In this document: positions 45,401-58,046 of the stretch, one piece after another | Layout: every line of letters starts with the position of its first letter | How positions within the stretch are numbered: the stretch's first letter is position 1 | Program-made: the position numbers and the translations under genes | Origin: Heteronotia binoei | Taxonomy: Eukaryota | Direction: 5' to 3' | Assembly: GCF_032191835.1 (NCBI RefSeq) | Contig: NC_083237.1 | Span: forward strand, 18,290,001-18,354,000 | Length of the DNA stretch: 64,000 bases | Notes under the pieces: generated by a model | What the model was told of the DNA's origin: nothing | Seen by the model: only the letters and a program-made list of their open reading frames with translations | Databases searched by the model: none

Positions 45401-46975
45401 AGGGACCTTATACCATCGCCCATAAGGTCTCCAACGTGAACTATGTAGTAAATCTAAGTGAGAATGGTGAACAATGTAAAGTATTCCATGTAAACATGTT
45501 AAAGCCTTATTTTGATAGAGGTAATTTAGTTTTAATAGCTAAGAAGGGAATGTGTGTGGGAACTGAATTGTCGGGTTGGGGGGAAATATCCCAAGAAGTT
45601 ACCATCAATGAGGTTCAGTTCGCCCCTTCTCTTATGGGAGAACAAAGAGGCCAATTACAAGCCATATTGGGGAAGTACAGAACGATTTTTTCAAATGTAC
45701 CAGGTAAAACAAACCTAGCATATCACAAGATTGACATAGGGGATTCACGACCTGTAGCACTCCAACCGTATAGAGTGATCAGCCCAAATGCCAAGTATGT
45801 ACAGCAGGAGGTAGAAGAAATGCTGAATTTGGGTTTGATTGTACCATCGGAAAGTCCGTGGGCCTCACCTGTAGACCTAGTACCCAAACCGGACAAAACC
45901 ATAAGGTTTTGCGTGGGCTACAGAAGATTAAATAAGATTGCAGTACCTGATGCATATCCAATGCCTCGCATAGATGAGTTGGTCGAGACAATTGGAGCTG
46001 CCACTTTTATTACCACCTTAGACTTAACAAAAGGTTATTGGCAGGTAGCTATGGATCCTAAAGATCAGCAGAAAACAGCTTTTGTAACCAAAGAGGGACT
46101 CTTTGAGTTTACAGTATTACCATTTGGGTTAAGGAACGCTCCCTCCACGTTCCAAAGATTGATCGATAAGATGTTAGTAGGACTTAAGGAATTTGCTCTA
46201 GCATATATTGATGATATTGCTGTTTACAGTGCTACATGGAAAGAACATTTGCAGCATGTGGCCATTGTGTTACAAAGAATAAAAGATGCGGGTCTCACCA
46301 TCAAAGCATCTAAGTGTCAGCTAGCCATGGCCCAGGTTAAGTATTTAGGGCATGTGCTAGGAGGAGATAAGATAAAAGCAGATTGGGGAAAGGTGCAAGC
46401 CATACACGAGTGGCCCAGACCCCAAACAAAGAAACAAATTAGAGCATTTTTGAGCGTAGTAGGATACTACAGAAGATTTATACCTGAGTTTAGCACAGTA
46501 GCAGCACCGCTATGCGAGTGTACAAAGAAGAAGAACCCTGATCCAGTAAACTGGAATGCAGAGTGTCAAAAAGCTTATGAACAACTGAAAGTGGTTCTGA
46601 CCACTGAACCAGTGTTAAGAACTCCAGAGTTTTCCAAGGAGTTTACCCTCTTTACTGACGCATCTAATGTTGGGATAGGTGCAACATTAGGTGCAACAGG
46701 GAGAGGAAGGACAATACCATCCAATTCTGTATTTAAGTAGAAAATTGTTAGACCGAGAGCAACACCTTTCAGTGATTGAAAAGGAATGTTTACCAATTGT
46801 ATGAGCAGTAGGAAAGTTAAAACCCTACCTATGGAGAAGAAAGTTTATACTATGTACAGATCATTCTCCCCTGAAATGGTTAAACCAGGTGAAGGATACA
46901 AACAATAAACTAATAAGGTGGAGTTTACAGCTCCAGGATTACAATTTTGACATACAGCATATCCATGGAAAGCAA
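42409..46975 (+). mobile_element. Gmr1-type Gypsy retrotransposon (gag-PR-INT-RT-RH), defective, 3' end missing
   Basis: Partial LTR ends GTTATA at 42650 with PBS-like TGGTTGCCAGCGTCGGGAT at 42653. It has a SCAN-like gag, CFQCGEIGHYARSC at 43661, PR DTGA, integrase (VDIVGP..HPQANGLNERFN) at 44440-45400, RT YIDD and RH TDAS. Confidence 0.88.
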
Positions 46976-47362
46976 GATGACTACTGTATTTACCCATACA
47001 AGAAGAGACCCTTTCCCTGTTCAGTGTTTATTGGATTGCTCAGGTAGGCAGCCCCAAATTAGTCAAAGGTTATGGAGGGTCACGGTGGAGCTTGCCATTT
47101 TCCTAGTAGAGACTGCATCAAGGGATTTCACAAAGAACTCTTTGTGAAATGGAACAAAGGTCTTGCCATGCAAGAGGAGGCTCTTGACAACACAACACCA
47201 CCAAATTTCAAATGCAGTGTTATGTAGATCCCTTTGTACAAACGAATAATTTGTTGTTGTTAATGACAGTCCCAGATGTATGATTTTCATGTGCTCCATG
47301 AAGTAGGCACCACAAATTTGTCCTCACTATTTTACAGTGAATTTTAAATGCCACAAGGCCCT

Positions 47363-48420
47363 GATGTGCCATTGGTTTATTGTATGGAGCTCTTGTAGAG
47401 TTCTGTGCCACACCAGATCAGGGCCTTGTGGATTTTGGTACTATTTGGAGGATTTTGCGTGGCTCAGTATGGCTTCTACCCCTCAAAACATACATGGAAT
47501 TTACAACCACATGCTAGTTTTCTGCATGCATGGATTTTTATGATTCTGTAGCATTGCCCCTTTCCACATTTGATTTCAGATAATGATCCACACACATTGA
47601 AAATAATGGAATAATAAATATATAGCTCAGGAAAACAGCAGTTACCTGTGGAAATCACCTGGGAGCAGCCTATCTCCAGAGAGAGAGCTTGTTTTGCTGA
47701 GTAATTAATAATAATATAATAATAATAAATTTTTATTTGTATCCCGCCCTCCCCGCTGAAGCAGACAATTATATTGTCCTTGAGGGACAGGGCCACCAGA
47801 TACTTATATACTCTTCCTTCCTATCAAGTCTACCCAATACCCCACTATTGTACACCCCAAGGACAATAAAATTGATGTGCCAATGGTTTATTGTATGGAG
47901 CTCTTGTAGAGTTCTGTGCCACACCAGATCAAGGCCTTGTGGATTTTGGTACTGTTTGGAGGATTTTGAATGGCTCACTATGGCTTCTACCCCTCAAAAC
48001 ATACATGGAATTTACAATCACATGCTAGTCTTCTGCATGCATGGATTTTTATGATTCTGCAGCATTGCCCCTTTCCACAGAAAGAACATCAGTGGAACAG
48101 AGTGACGGGTGACCATGTTTTTGGAGAAGAATCTTCCTTCACTTTTGCTATTATCACAGAATTCAGCTGCATGGCCATAATGTATTGCATTTGATTTCAG
48201 TTAATGGTCCACACACATTGAAAATAATGGAACAATAAATAAATATACAGCTCAGGAAAACAGCGGTTACCTGTGGAAATCACCTGGGAGCAGCCCATCT
48301 CCAGAGAGAGCTTGTTTTGCTGAGTAATTATATTGTCCTTGAGGGACAGGGCCACCAGATACATATACACTCTTCCTTCCTATCAAGCCTACCTAATACC
48401 CCACTACTGTACACCCCAAG
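47363..48420 (+). repeat. Local ~510-bp tandem duplication of spacer DNA
   Basis: 47363-47870 repeats from 47876. It is single-copy in the paralogous 59420-59990. Confidence 0.75.
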
Positions 48421-49029
48421 GAGGCACAAGAAATAGCACATGTGCTATGGTGTATCATCTTCTGGATAAAGCATCACATTGAATACTATTGAAGTGCAGA
48501 AAAGGGATCTCCAAGGCATATAGGGAGAGCTTACAGGGCTCTCCGTACAGGGTCTACTGTAAGCTCCTGGAGGATTGGCTACATCAGAGGTGTGTGACCT
48601 AATATCCAAAGGAGCTCCTGCTAGAATTCCACCTCTGGATGCCACAGAGGAGGGAGGGGTCCCCAATATGGTGCCCATAGGCATTACGATGCTCACCAAA
48701 GTTTATTTATTACTTTAGATTTCTATCCTGCCCTCTCCGCAAGCAGACTCAGTTCTGTCAGACAGTCAGTTCAAACATCTACAACATCTCTCCTGGCTTA
48801 GATGCTGAAGGCCTGTTGAAATAGTTCAGTTTTGCAGGCCGTGCAGAATTGAGAGAGATCCCGCAGGGATCCCGTGTGGAACACAGTCTGGCCTACCTTG
48901 GTCAGGAGATAGATAGTAGGTTTTGTGTCCCTGAATGCAATGCTCTCTGGGGAACATGCAGAGAAAGACAGTCCTATAGATAGGCAGGCCCTTGACCATA
49001 GAAGGCTTTAAAGGTCAATACCAACACCT

Positions 49030-49317
49030 TGAAGTAGAGGCACCAAAATTGCAGCATAGCATCTGCTGCCTCTCCCCAAAATAACCTCCAAGGTGTCCAA
49101 TTTTATGAGCCCCAAAACAAGGTGCTCCTATCCTTCATTATTTCCGATAGAGGAAGGCATTTAAAAGGTTTGTGGTCTCTTTAAATGGGATGGCCAGAAC
49201 TCCCTTTTGGAGTTCAATTATGCTTGTCACAACCTTGCTCCTGGCTCCACCCCCAACATCTCCTGGCTCCACCACTAAAATCCCCAGATATTTCTTGAAA
49301 TGGACTTGGCAACCCTA
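49030..49317. mobile_element. hAT-type element (partial)
   Basis: Ends TTGGCAACCCTA at the same position upstream of the OR promoter block. Confidence 0.75.
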
Positions 49318-49679
49318 AGGCAGATGGAGCAGCCTGAGTTGGTAGAGCCCTGTCCCATTTGCTTTACTGGACCAGCCTCCATGGATTGTCTGCCAATATG
49401 ACTGGATGACTGTCAATCCTAACATAGCAGGAGGAACGGGAGAAGAAGATATTCATGCTGTGTGTAATGGTAACTCCTCATATACACCTTTTTTTCCTGG
49501 ACTCAAAAGTTCCAATTGCTGTAGCTCTTCCTCACAACCTTATCGACTCTATTGATTGATCTAGTTGCTTAAATTAGCCCAAAGACAAACCTCAGGGGAA
49601 TGATTGTGTGAAGAAATTTTTCCTCATGGCAGAAATAAGCAGCCTATTTCTGAATTGAAAATATACTGATATTTTTCTA

Positions 49680-49917
49680 GAGGGACACAATCTCAAGGGC
49701 CCCCAAAGATTTATTAGAAGCATTCAGATGTCGAAGCTTATCCATGCCTCCTCTTTCTTTCTGGCAAGCCAGTCGCATGGAGCACCAACATCACAGCTGG
49801 GCTTCTTGGTAAAAAAGAACAGGATGTTGCAATAGTCACAAACACCAGTTGTGGCAGAAGCTTTTTGATGACTTTTCTCCTAGATGGAGCAGGACTTTCA
49901 AAGCTCCTGAGGTACAG
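49680..49917 (+). promoter_or_regulatory. Candidate promoter / 5' exon for OR B2
   Basis: TCTCAAGGG at 49691 and GAG|GTACAG at 49912. Confidence 0.4.
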
Positions 49918-50656
49918 TAACGGCAATAACAAAGGCAACTGAAGTGGGACTTTAAATGGATGTAAAAAGCGATTGTGCTTCTTGAAGGAAATTACAAAGA
50001 TTTATGATAAAATTATGGCTAGAAAAGAGAGATTCTGACTAATGAAACTGATGGATCATGAGGTATTCCAGGGTTCTCAGCTGCATCCAATTTAATTTTA
50101 AGGCATTATGAGCACCATAAGGATTACAAACCTTGGATTGCTGTTGGCTATGGATTTTGTAATTTGACTGATTATTTCATTGTATAGTATTGTTTTAAGT
50201 CTTATATCTCAATGTTCTTTTACTGGTTGTTAGCCACCCTGAGCCTGTTAAGGAGAGGGCAGGATATAAATTTAATACAAGATATAAAGAAATAAAAGTA
50301 CTTCTCTCCATTTGATCCTTTCAAAAATATGCAACCTCCAATGGAGGATTCTCAGGCTTGCCAGAATTTATTTTGTCAATTCTTGGGCAGATTACACAAA
50401 AAGTAAATAACCATTGACTGACTTCTGAGGTTTGGAGCTAAGATCTTGTCCCCATCTCCTAGCGGAAACATCACTAATACCTTATGCAGAAGATCACTCA
50501 AAGTTCATGTTTTGCTATTACCAGGGTGGTGGAGGTGCATCCCCTCTCTCCCTAACTGGATACCATGTCTCTTTATCATTTCTCTATCTATAGAAACAAA
50601 TCACCAGATAACAACAGGATATCGTATGCAATACTGATTTTATTCTCTAATTCCAG

Positions 50657-51643
50657 ATGGAGTTCACCAACGGGACAGTCCAGGAATTCATTTTGCTGGG
50701 CTTTGAAGTTGGGCAGTTTCAACGTCTCCTGCTCCTCACCTTTTTCACTCTTCTTTACATGCTCACCGTAGCTGAGAACATCACCATCATCATGTTGGTG
50801 CATCTTGACACCCACTTGTCCCGGCTTCCCATGTACGTCCTGCTGAGCAACTTCTCCTGGCTGGAGATCTGCTATGTGAGCACCACTGTGCCTCGCATGC
50901 TCTTAGACCTGGCATTGTCCAACAAGATGGTCTCCTTCAGTTCCTGCTTCCTTCAGTTCTACATCTTCTGCTCTCTTGGCAGTACTGAATGCTTCTTCCT
51001 TTCTTCTATGGCCTTGGATCGGTACTTGGCCATCTGCCACCCACTGCGATATCCACAGATCATGTCCCCAAATTTTTGCTACATCTTAGTAACTGTTTGT
51101 TGGGTCCTTGGCTTCCTGGCATGTTTTGTCCCAGTCACACTGATCTCCCAGATGTCTTTTTGTGGTCCTAACGTCATTGACCATTTTTTGTGTGATCCTG
51201 GCCCAATTTTGGCTTTAGCCTGCCCCCCACTTTTAAAGGCTCCCCTCATTAGTCAGGTTGTCATGAATGTTGTAGTGATAGGCAACATTTTGTTTTCTGT
51301 GCTGTCCTACGGTTCTGTGATTGTCACCTTGATTAAAAACTCTAGCAAAGGCAATCGGGCAAAGTCCTTTTCCACCATATCATTCCACTTGTTGGTGTTC
51401 ACACTTTTCTATGGCCCATTAGCAGGGATGTATGTACAGCCAGAGGGAAAAACTGATTCAAATATCACTAAGACTGTAACACTCCTCTATGCTGCCTTAA
51501 CACCCTTTCTCAACCCCATGATTTACTGTCTGAGGAATGATCAGGTGAAAGAGGCACTGTTCCGATTATGGAGGAGAAAGGCAGTCTTTTTAAAAAGTAA
51601 AATTGACAGTGAAAAAAAGAGGAAAGGGACAGGAAAAATATAA
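50657..51643 (+). CDS. Olfactory receptor B2, intact, 328 aa (OR11-like)
   Basis: Complete OR ORF with a long basic C-tail. TM5 is one residue shorter than in B3 (VVVIGN vs IVVILGN). Confidence 0.95.
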   Translation: MEFTNGTVQEFILLGFEVGQFQRLLLLTFFTLLYMLTVAENITIIMLVHLDTHLSRLPMYVLLSNFSWLEICYVSTTVPRMLLDLALSNKMVSFSSCFLQFYIFCSLGSTECFFLSSMALDRYLAICHPLRYPQIMSPNFCYILVTVCWVLGFLACFVPVTLISQMSFCGPNVIDHFLCDPGPILALACPPLLKAPLISQVVMNVVVIGNILFSVLSYGSVIVTLIKNSSKGNRAKSFSTISFHLLVFTLFYGPLAGMYVQPEGKTDSNITKTVTLLYAALTPFLNPMIYCLRNDQVKEALFRLWRRKAVFLKSKIDSEKKRKGTGKI

Positions 51644-52692
51644 CAAAACATTCAAGATTAGTGTATGAGGAAAAGCTGATCTGTACAGTGGTGGACAACA
51701 AAGGGACTTAAACGGCACTATTATCCAAGTTCATCAAGTGCGCTCTCCTGCCTTCTTTGGTTTTATATACTCCAAGTCCTATTGTCCCTTTATAGTTTTT
51801 CTGACCGTCCCAGAAGAGTCTTCTTTTTAGCCAGATTTAATGTGCTCCCTACTGCTTTTCTTAGTGGGCGCTACATGAGAAAGCCCTATTCCAAGAGATT
51901 GTGTGGTTGTGGATCTGGCTCTTTTGCAACTGTAAAACGTGTCTTTTTGTTTGCCAAAGGTATAACTGCTTAAGAAAACAGTTTATCGACTCACTGATTT
52001 CCGATATTGATCTGGGTGTAGAAAATTAGCTCCAACTTTTACTTGGTGGCTTTGATCTAACCATCCCAGTTTCAGTTGTATAATTTCTTCTGAGAGTGTT
52101 TAAATTTAAGAGTCAAGAGGAGGATTTTAAGAAAATGGGAAATGATGTTTTATGTTGTGCACTTTGCTGATTCTAAACATTTATTTTGTAAAATCTGTAA
52201 AATCTATATTATTGATGAATTTTCTATTTCATAGCCATTTGCTTATGACCAAATGGTCTGTGAGCAATAAATATATATATGATATGAAAAGAAAAAAAAG
52301 GTACTGTTCTCTGTTCAGTGTTTCCAACCCCTTTGTGCACTGGAAGACAACAACACACATTTCCACCAGAATTCTATGTAGGTGCTTTTGAAGCATATAT
52401 TCTATAATAAATATAGTAAATGAATTCTCCATTATTTTGTCAGGCTCTCCCAACTGTATAATTCTTACGCATTCCAGCAAGTGCAAAAAAAATAATCATA
52501 TGCAAAAACCACTACTGTTTCTCTATATGATCTAACTGTAGGTAATCCTGATTTATATTTTTAGATATGTTATAGAGATGGTTTTAGTGTCGTTGACTCT
52601 ATACAGAATGGTTATATTTTGAAAATCAAATATCTGAAATGTGAACTCTCCCATTCTCCCAAAAAATTCTCCCCAAAATCAAATAAGTACTT

Positions 52693-52958
52693 GAGAGCCA
52701 GTTTGGTGTAGTGGTTAAGTGACAGACTCTTATCTGGGAGAACTGGGTTTCATTTCCCACTCCTCCACTTGCAACTACTGGAATGGCCTTGGGTTAACCA
52801 AAGCTCTTGCAGAGCTCTCCTTGAAAAAGGGCAGCTGCTGCGAGAGCTCTCTCAGCCCCACCTCACAGGGTGTCTGGTGTGGGGGTGAAGGTAAAGGAGA
52901 TTCTGACTGCTCTAAGATTCAGAGTATAGGGTGGGATATAAATCCAGTGTCTTCTTCT
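52693..52958 (+). mobile_element. tRNA-derived SINE (Squam3-like)
   Basis: Paralog of 40918-41190. Confidence 0.75.
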
Positions 52959-53135
52959 TTTATTTTTCTGAGTTTGAAATGTGAACTATACCATTCTCCC
53001 AAAAATGTCACTGAGAACATGAGAGCATTTGGTTATCTCTTCCCTTTCTTAACACCTGGTGAGGGTTGGTTTAGTTTAACCTTTTAGCTTAAGGGACAGG
53101 TGAACAACTGCTCGTCTCATTAGTTCAATTTTCAA

Positions 53136-53390
53136 GGATGTTTCGGTGATCCTTGGTAATATCGTGTTTGTTGTGCTGTCTTAGGCCCTGTGATTATCAC
53201 CCTGATTGAAAAAGGTCATCGGGTAAGGTAATCAGCAAAGGTAATCAGTTAAAATCCTCCTCCATCATATCATTTCACTTAATTATAGTGTCTTAACGGT
53301 GGTATCTCAGGTGAAGGAAGCACTAGGCAAGTTGTGGAGAAGAAAGACAATAGTTTTGAACAGAAAGGTGACCATGCAAAAAGGATGGTT
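53136..53390 (+). pseudogene. Old OR relic (TM5-TM6 and C-tail only)
   Basis: DVSVILGNIVFVVLS*, SSIISFHL, then QVKEALGKLWRRKTIVLNRKVTM. Internally deleted with an A-like tail. Confidence 0.7.
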
Positions 53391-54459
53391 TCAGGCGGGT
53401 GCCATGTTCCTCTGCAGTAGAAGACAAAAAGACAAGTTCGCTATCACCTTAAAGTCCAACAAAATTTCCAGGGAATATGCTTTGCAGCTCCTACCCTGGA
53501 CACCTTTTTGGTCTTTAAGGTTGCTACTGCCCTCACGTGTAAAAAGGAGGAAAGCGAGAGGAAATATACGACAAAACACCTGAGATTTCCATCAAAGATA
53601 GATGACTACTGTAGTTACCCATACAAGAAGGGACCCTTTCTCTGTTCAGTGTTTATTGAATTGCTCAGGTAGGCAGCCCCAAATTAGTCTAAGGTTATGG
53701 AGGGTCACGGAGGAGCTTGTCATTTTCTGAGTAGAGACTGCATCAAGGGATTTCACAAAGAACTCTTTGTGAAATGGAACGCATGTCAAAGGTCTTGCCA
53801 TGCAAGAGGAGGGTCTTGACAACACAACACCACCAAATTTCAAATGCAATGTTATGTAGATCCCCTTGTACAAGTGAATAATTTGTTGTTGTTGTTAATG
53901 ACAGTCCCAACTCCATGAAGTAGCCACCACAAATTTGCCTTCAGCATTTTACAGTGAATTTTAAATGCCACAAAGCCCTTTTGCCCCCCAAGGTCAGAAT
54001 AAAGAGTCAGACACAATGCATTGGAATAAAATTGGACCACTTTATTAACTAACAGCATAAACAGCAAGGGTACCCCACCAGCGGCCTGGTCAGGGCTAGG
54101 GGTCACCGCGACCGCTCCCCTGCCATTAACGGGTGAGAGACCCAGCCCCCCAGCCAGCTGAGCAACTCAGCTCCCTCCAGGCAGGCCCAGCAGGGAGGCA
54201 CGCACCAGAGGCCCCAAACCCAGACGCACGTCTCGCCAGAAAGGCACCCTCTAGCCGAGCCTCCTGGACAGTCTGCAATCTCCAAACCCCGGTCTCCAAA
54301 CCCCAGGTTGTTCATGCCAGACCCCAAATTCTCCAAAAGGGGGATGCTTCGCAGTCCTCCTCTAGCCGCATAGTGTCCTAAACCCCAAAAACCTGCCACT
54401 ACTAAGGCCAAGTCTCTACTTAGGGCTTAGCGCCCACCGGAAGGCCCAAAGCCACCCGC

Positions 54460-54990
54460 AACCCTTGCTACAAATTTCTCAGGAAAAGCATATTACCCTT
54501 TTCCGAGAGAAGGACCCCATCCCCTCTGTAGAGGCCAGGACATTTACCAAAATATCCGGATGGGGCAAATAGTGACCCAATGCCCTTTCTAGCAGTTTTT
54601 TAAGTTCCTTGTTGGCCTTGTATCTAGCCCTTTCTATAACTGCGGGGTCCAAAGCACAACGCCATACCAGGCGGGGCAGCATGGCTGACCACACTACGAT
54701 GGTCCCCGGCCATCGCTCCCAATGTGCTGGAAATCATCACGGGCTTGCCATAACAAGGCCTTGCCCTTCAACAACCCCAGATCATTACCTCCCAGGTGAA
54801 CAATTAAGATCTGAGGAGGAGGACCCGCTCTATGATTGAACCAAAATGGTAGCGAGCCCGGCCACTGAAGGCCCCGGTGCCCCTGCTATTCGATAACGGC
54901 ATGCTGGCTGAGTCCCAGCTGAGAGCTGACCACAGTTCTCCATCCCTGAAGAGCGGCCCAAAACACGTGTCTATGGCCGAGATGAGAACT
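54460..54990 (-). pseudogene. SGNH/GDSL-type hydrolase ORF of the Ngaro-like element, degenerate
   Basis: Block I-like LI-GH-HVFWA (~54958-54986, frameshifted), QLGL..QGHRGLQW, ILIVHLGGND (54781-54810), WSAMLPRLVWR and GLYRGDGVLLS (DGVHL with H>L at 54507-54521). Confidence 0.75.
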
Positions 54991-55094
54991 CAGCTCCGGC
55001 TCCTCTGGCCAGGAACAGCAGCATCTTAAGAGAAAAAACAGTTAACACAAACAGAACCAATAGCATTCCAACAACCAAAGTTACTCACGGCCCG

Positions 55095-55756
55095 CGAAAA
55101 GGTCATACATAGCCTTATAGGTCGATGAATGCCACCAACCCAGCCTCCGAATAGAAGTAGCAGGATACCCCATGTCCACTGCTGTAGAGGCCGCCCCAGT
55201 CCAAAGGAGTGGGTCCCAAAACTGCACCCCTGACAACCCCAGCTCACAAAAAGCCCGGGCCGTCACCGCCCAAGACTGGTGTCTCGTCAACAGCTTGCAC
55301 ACCCTAAGAGCCCCCCAAAAAGGCTAACAAGGACACAGCATGGAACAAACATGCTTCAAAGGCGAAGCACACATGTCCAAGAACCTCATCAAACCACATA
55401 GAATCGAAGGAGACACGGGACTCCACGTATCAACCCTGGGACCGGCCTTTCTAGATCACCCCTCCCACATCTTTCGCAGACCAAAGTCCGCCGTGTCTTC
55501 CCTATAACGCTAGTGCCTTGCTGGCAAAAGCCAACGCAGACAGGCGCCCCCTAATGGATCGCACTGCCAACCCCTTACTTCTCAGCAAAACACAGTAATG
55601 GAGTAATTCCTCCACCGTAAGGGGCCACACCCTGCGGTACCCTACCTCAGCCCTAAAGTCTTCAAACTGCCGCACAGCCCGTTCGAAAGACTTCTGTGTG
55701 CTAGGCGCAATGGCTAGACCTATCGCTCTGCAGGCCTCGGCTCTCCAATCAGCCAT
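55095..55756 (-). pseudogene. Tyrosine recombinase, frameshifted and internally deleted
   Basis: SAM-like N-domain ORF at 55502-55756 and an HSF(R)..GRW..Y box with lesions. Confidence 0.8.
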
Positions 55757-57493
55757 AGCTCCTGGGGCATTGGCACCGGTCTGCCTCTGGGGCCAGCTGA
55801 TGAAATCTCTCCATCTGTTGCCACCCCATTACTAACCCCAGGAACATGATGGCTAAAAACAGAATATTAAGCCGCAAACAACGCAGAGTGAAGGCCCTCG
55901 CCAATCTCATAACCTACCCAGATTTGGATGAGAGGGAATTAATGGCGTGGACCACTGCCATATTATCACACCAAAATGAACGGTGTGATTGGCCATATCC
56001 TTCCCCCACAGCCAAACTACAACTAAGATGGGAAAGAACTCGAGAAACGTGAGATCCCGGTTCACCCCCACCCTTGCCCACAAATCAGGCCAGCTAGCCG
56101 CGTACCAATGTCCACGGAGCTCAGCCTCAATTCCTCCCCCCAAAAGGAGACTCCATTAAAAGACTCCAAAAATTCCTGCCAAACCCTCGAATCATCCCTC
56201 ATGCTGCAAGTAACCCTAGCCCTATGCTGAGACAAGCTTAATCCTGCCAAAGCATCACAAAGCCTCCTAAGAAAAGCCCTTCCAGGAACGACCACTTTAA
56301 TCCTTCCCTCAGCCAGCCCCTTGGCCATCTTATCCCTCACAACCTATTCCAAACCCCAAACAAATTTAAAGGTTACCTGATGTAAACGGAACTCGAGGAC
56401 CCTGAAAAGGGATCTGAAACCAACTTTAAAACCCTCTAACAAATACCAACTATCAACCCTTCGAGGGTACCTCGCCAGCCGCTGCTCAAGAGGTCCCACC
56501 CATATCGGGCGGGGTCCCTTTCTTAGCCGGAAAGGCTCCTCCACCTCCTCCAGGCTACTTTGCACTCCTACGCCCCCGAGCTTTAGGACAGTCATCAAAA
56601 GAGTGGGATCCCCTACACATGGGCATTCGTGCTTAAGCTGGCATGCTTTCCTATTACATACCCCAGGGGCTCCTAATTCCCAACAGAGCAAGCGGGGACA
56701 TCACCTGCAGCCAAAGCTGCTGATGGATCCGATCCCATTGAAAAGATGGATACAGTCCACCTATTCCCCCTTTAAAGTTTCTCCCTGGTGGCAGGAAGCA
56801 GACAATCCCCAAGCGGTAAAGCAACCTCCCCAAAGGGCAAGGCTGCAAAAGGCACCATCCCATAAGGAGAAGGTGCCCCCTAAATGGTCCCGCCAAGTTC
56901 ATCTGCCCTCCACCTTATCCCCGACAAGGTATGCATACCTGTCCATGCCCAATTTAGCGGTACTCACACCCTGGAAGAAGCAGGCACCACCGTATTCACT
57001 CCTGAAGCACCCTGCCCAGCTGCCAAAGCAGGCCCCCATACACCCCATGGCCAAACCTGCCCTGGCCCCACCTGTAAGTTATCACAACACCTACCTCCAA
57101 GGCCAGCAGGAACCACTGGCAAACAAACACCGGACGTCCCAGCTGCATCCACCGCACCTGCATCAGGACCACTGAGACCGGCATCCCTGCCAGGCACGAC
57201 TCCACCATACCTGCCCTCAAGAATAGACAGCCTGGTGAGAATGCTAACTTGCCTTGCCTTCCTGGATTGCCTCATCCCTTCCCCTGCACTTGGAGAAGGG
57301 ACACCTGACACCTGCTCAAGCACCCTCAGCCTGTGCAGTATACTAGGTTCTACTGCTGCTCCATCCTCATCCTCCGATGATGACGGGGATGGTGGCCTCG
57401 GTGCAGGCTTCTGCCATTAGGCTTGCCTGCGCCCATACCCCCAGCCATATTGCCACAGAATTGTCTGAGCAAACAATCACCTCCGAAATAAAA

Positions 57494-57707
57494 CATATGA
57501 ACATATGACGCTGCCTTATACTGAATCAGACCCTCGGTACGCCAAAGACAGCATTATCTCCTCCGACCGGCAGTGGCTCTCCAGGGTCTCAAGCTAAGGT
57601 TTTCACACCTATTTGCCTGGACCCTTTAAGTAGGAGATGACAGGGATTGAACCTGGGACCTTCTGCTTACCAAGCAGATGCTCTACTACTGAGCAACCCT
57701 CCCTCCC
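57494..57707 (-). mobile_element. tRNA-derived SINE (Squam2-like)
   Basis: Same family as 9999-10213, with B box GGTTCAATCC. Confidence 0.75.
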
Positions 57708-57710
57708 CAA

Positions 57711-57835
57711 GATGGAGAGCTGAGTCAGCCTGGAGCCGGCTACCTAAACCCAGCTTCCACCGGGATCGACTCAGGTCGTGCACAGAGGGCTCCGACTGCA
57801 GTAGTACAACTTTACCACTCTGCGCCATGGGGCTC
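57711..57835 (-). mobile_element. Sauria-SINE-like head fragment
   Basis: Minus strand GAGCCCCATGGCGCAGAGTGGTAAAG...GATCCCGG..GACTCAGCTCTCCATC. Confidence 0.6.
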
Positions 57836-58046
57836 TAATCCAGTCCTAAAATGGCCACCACACCCTACAAGAAAGGAGACTTAAGATGGCCGCTCCACTC
57901 TCTCACCAAGTAAGCAAAATGGCTGCACTCCCTTTCCCCAGGGAAGACACACAAAATGGCTGCCACTAGCCTCTTAAATGCCCTATCTCACTCCAAGAAA
58001 GGGCATAAAATGGCCACCTAACAACAGTACTAAAATGGCCACCAAA

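Noticed and set aside
54460-55756. Bacterial or phage contamination or transfer (integrase + esterase)
   Set aside because: Both ORFs are collinear with RT/RNase H and ORF1 in DIRS-order layout, carry nested reptile SINEs, and the empty host site is visible in a paralog.
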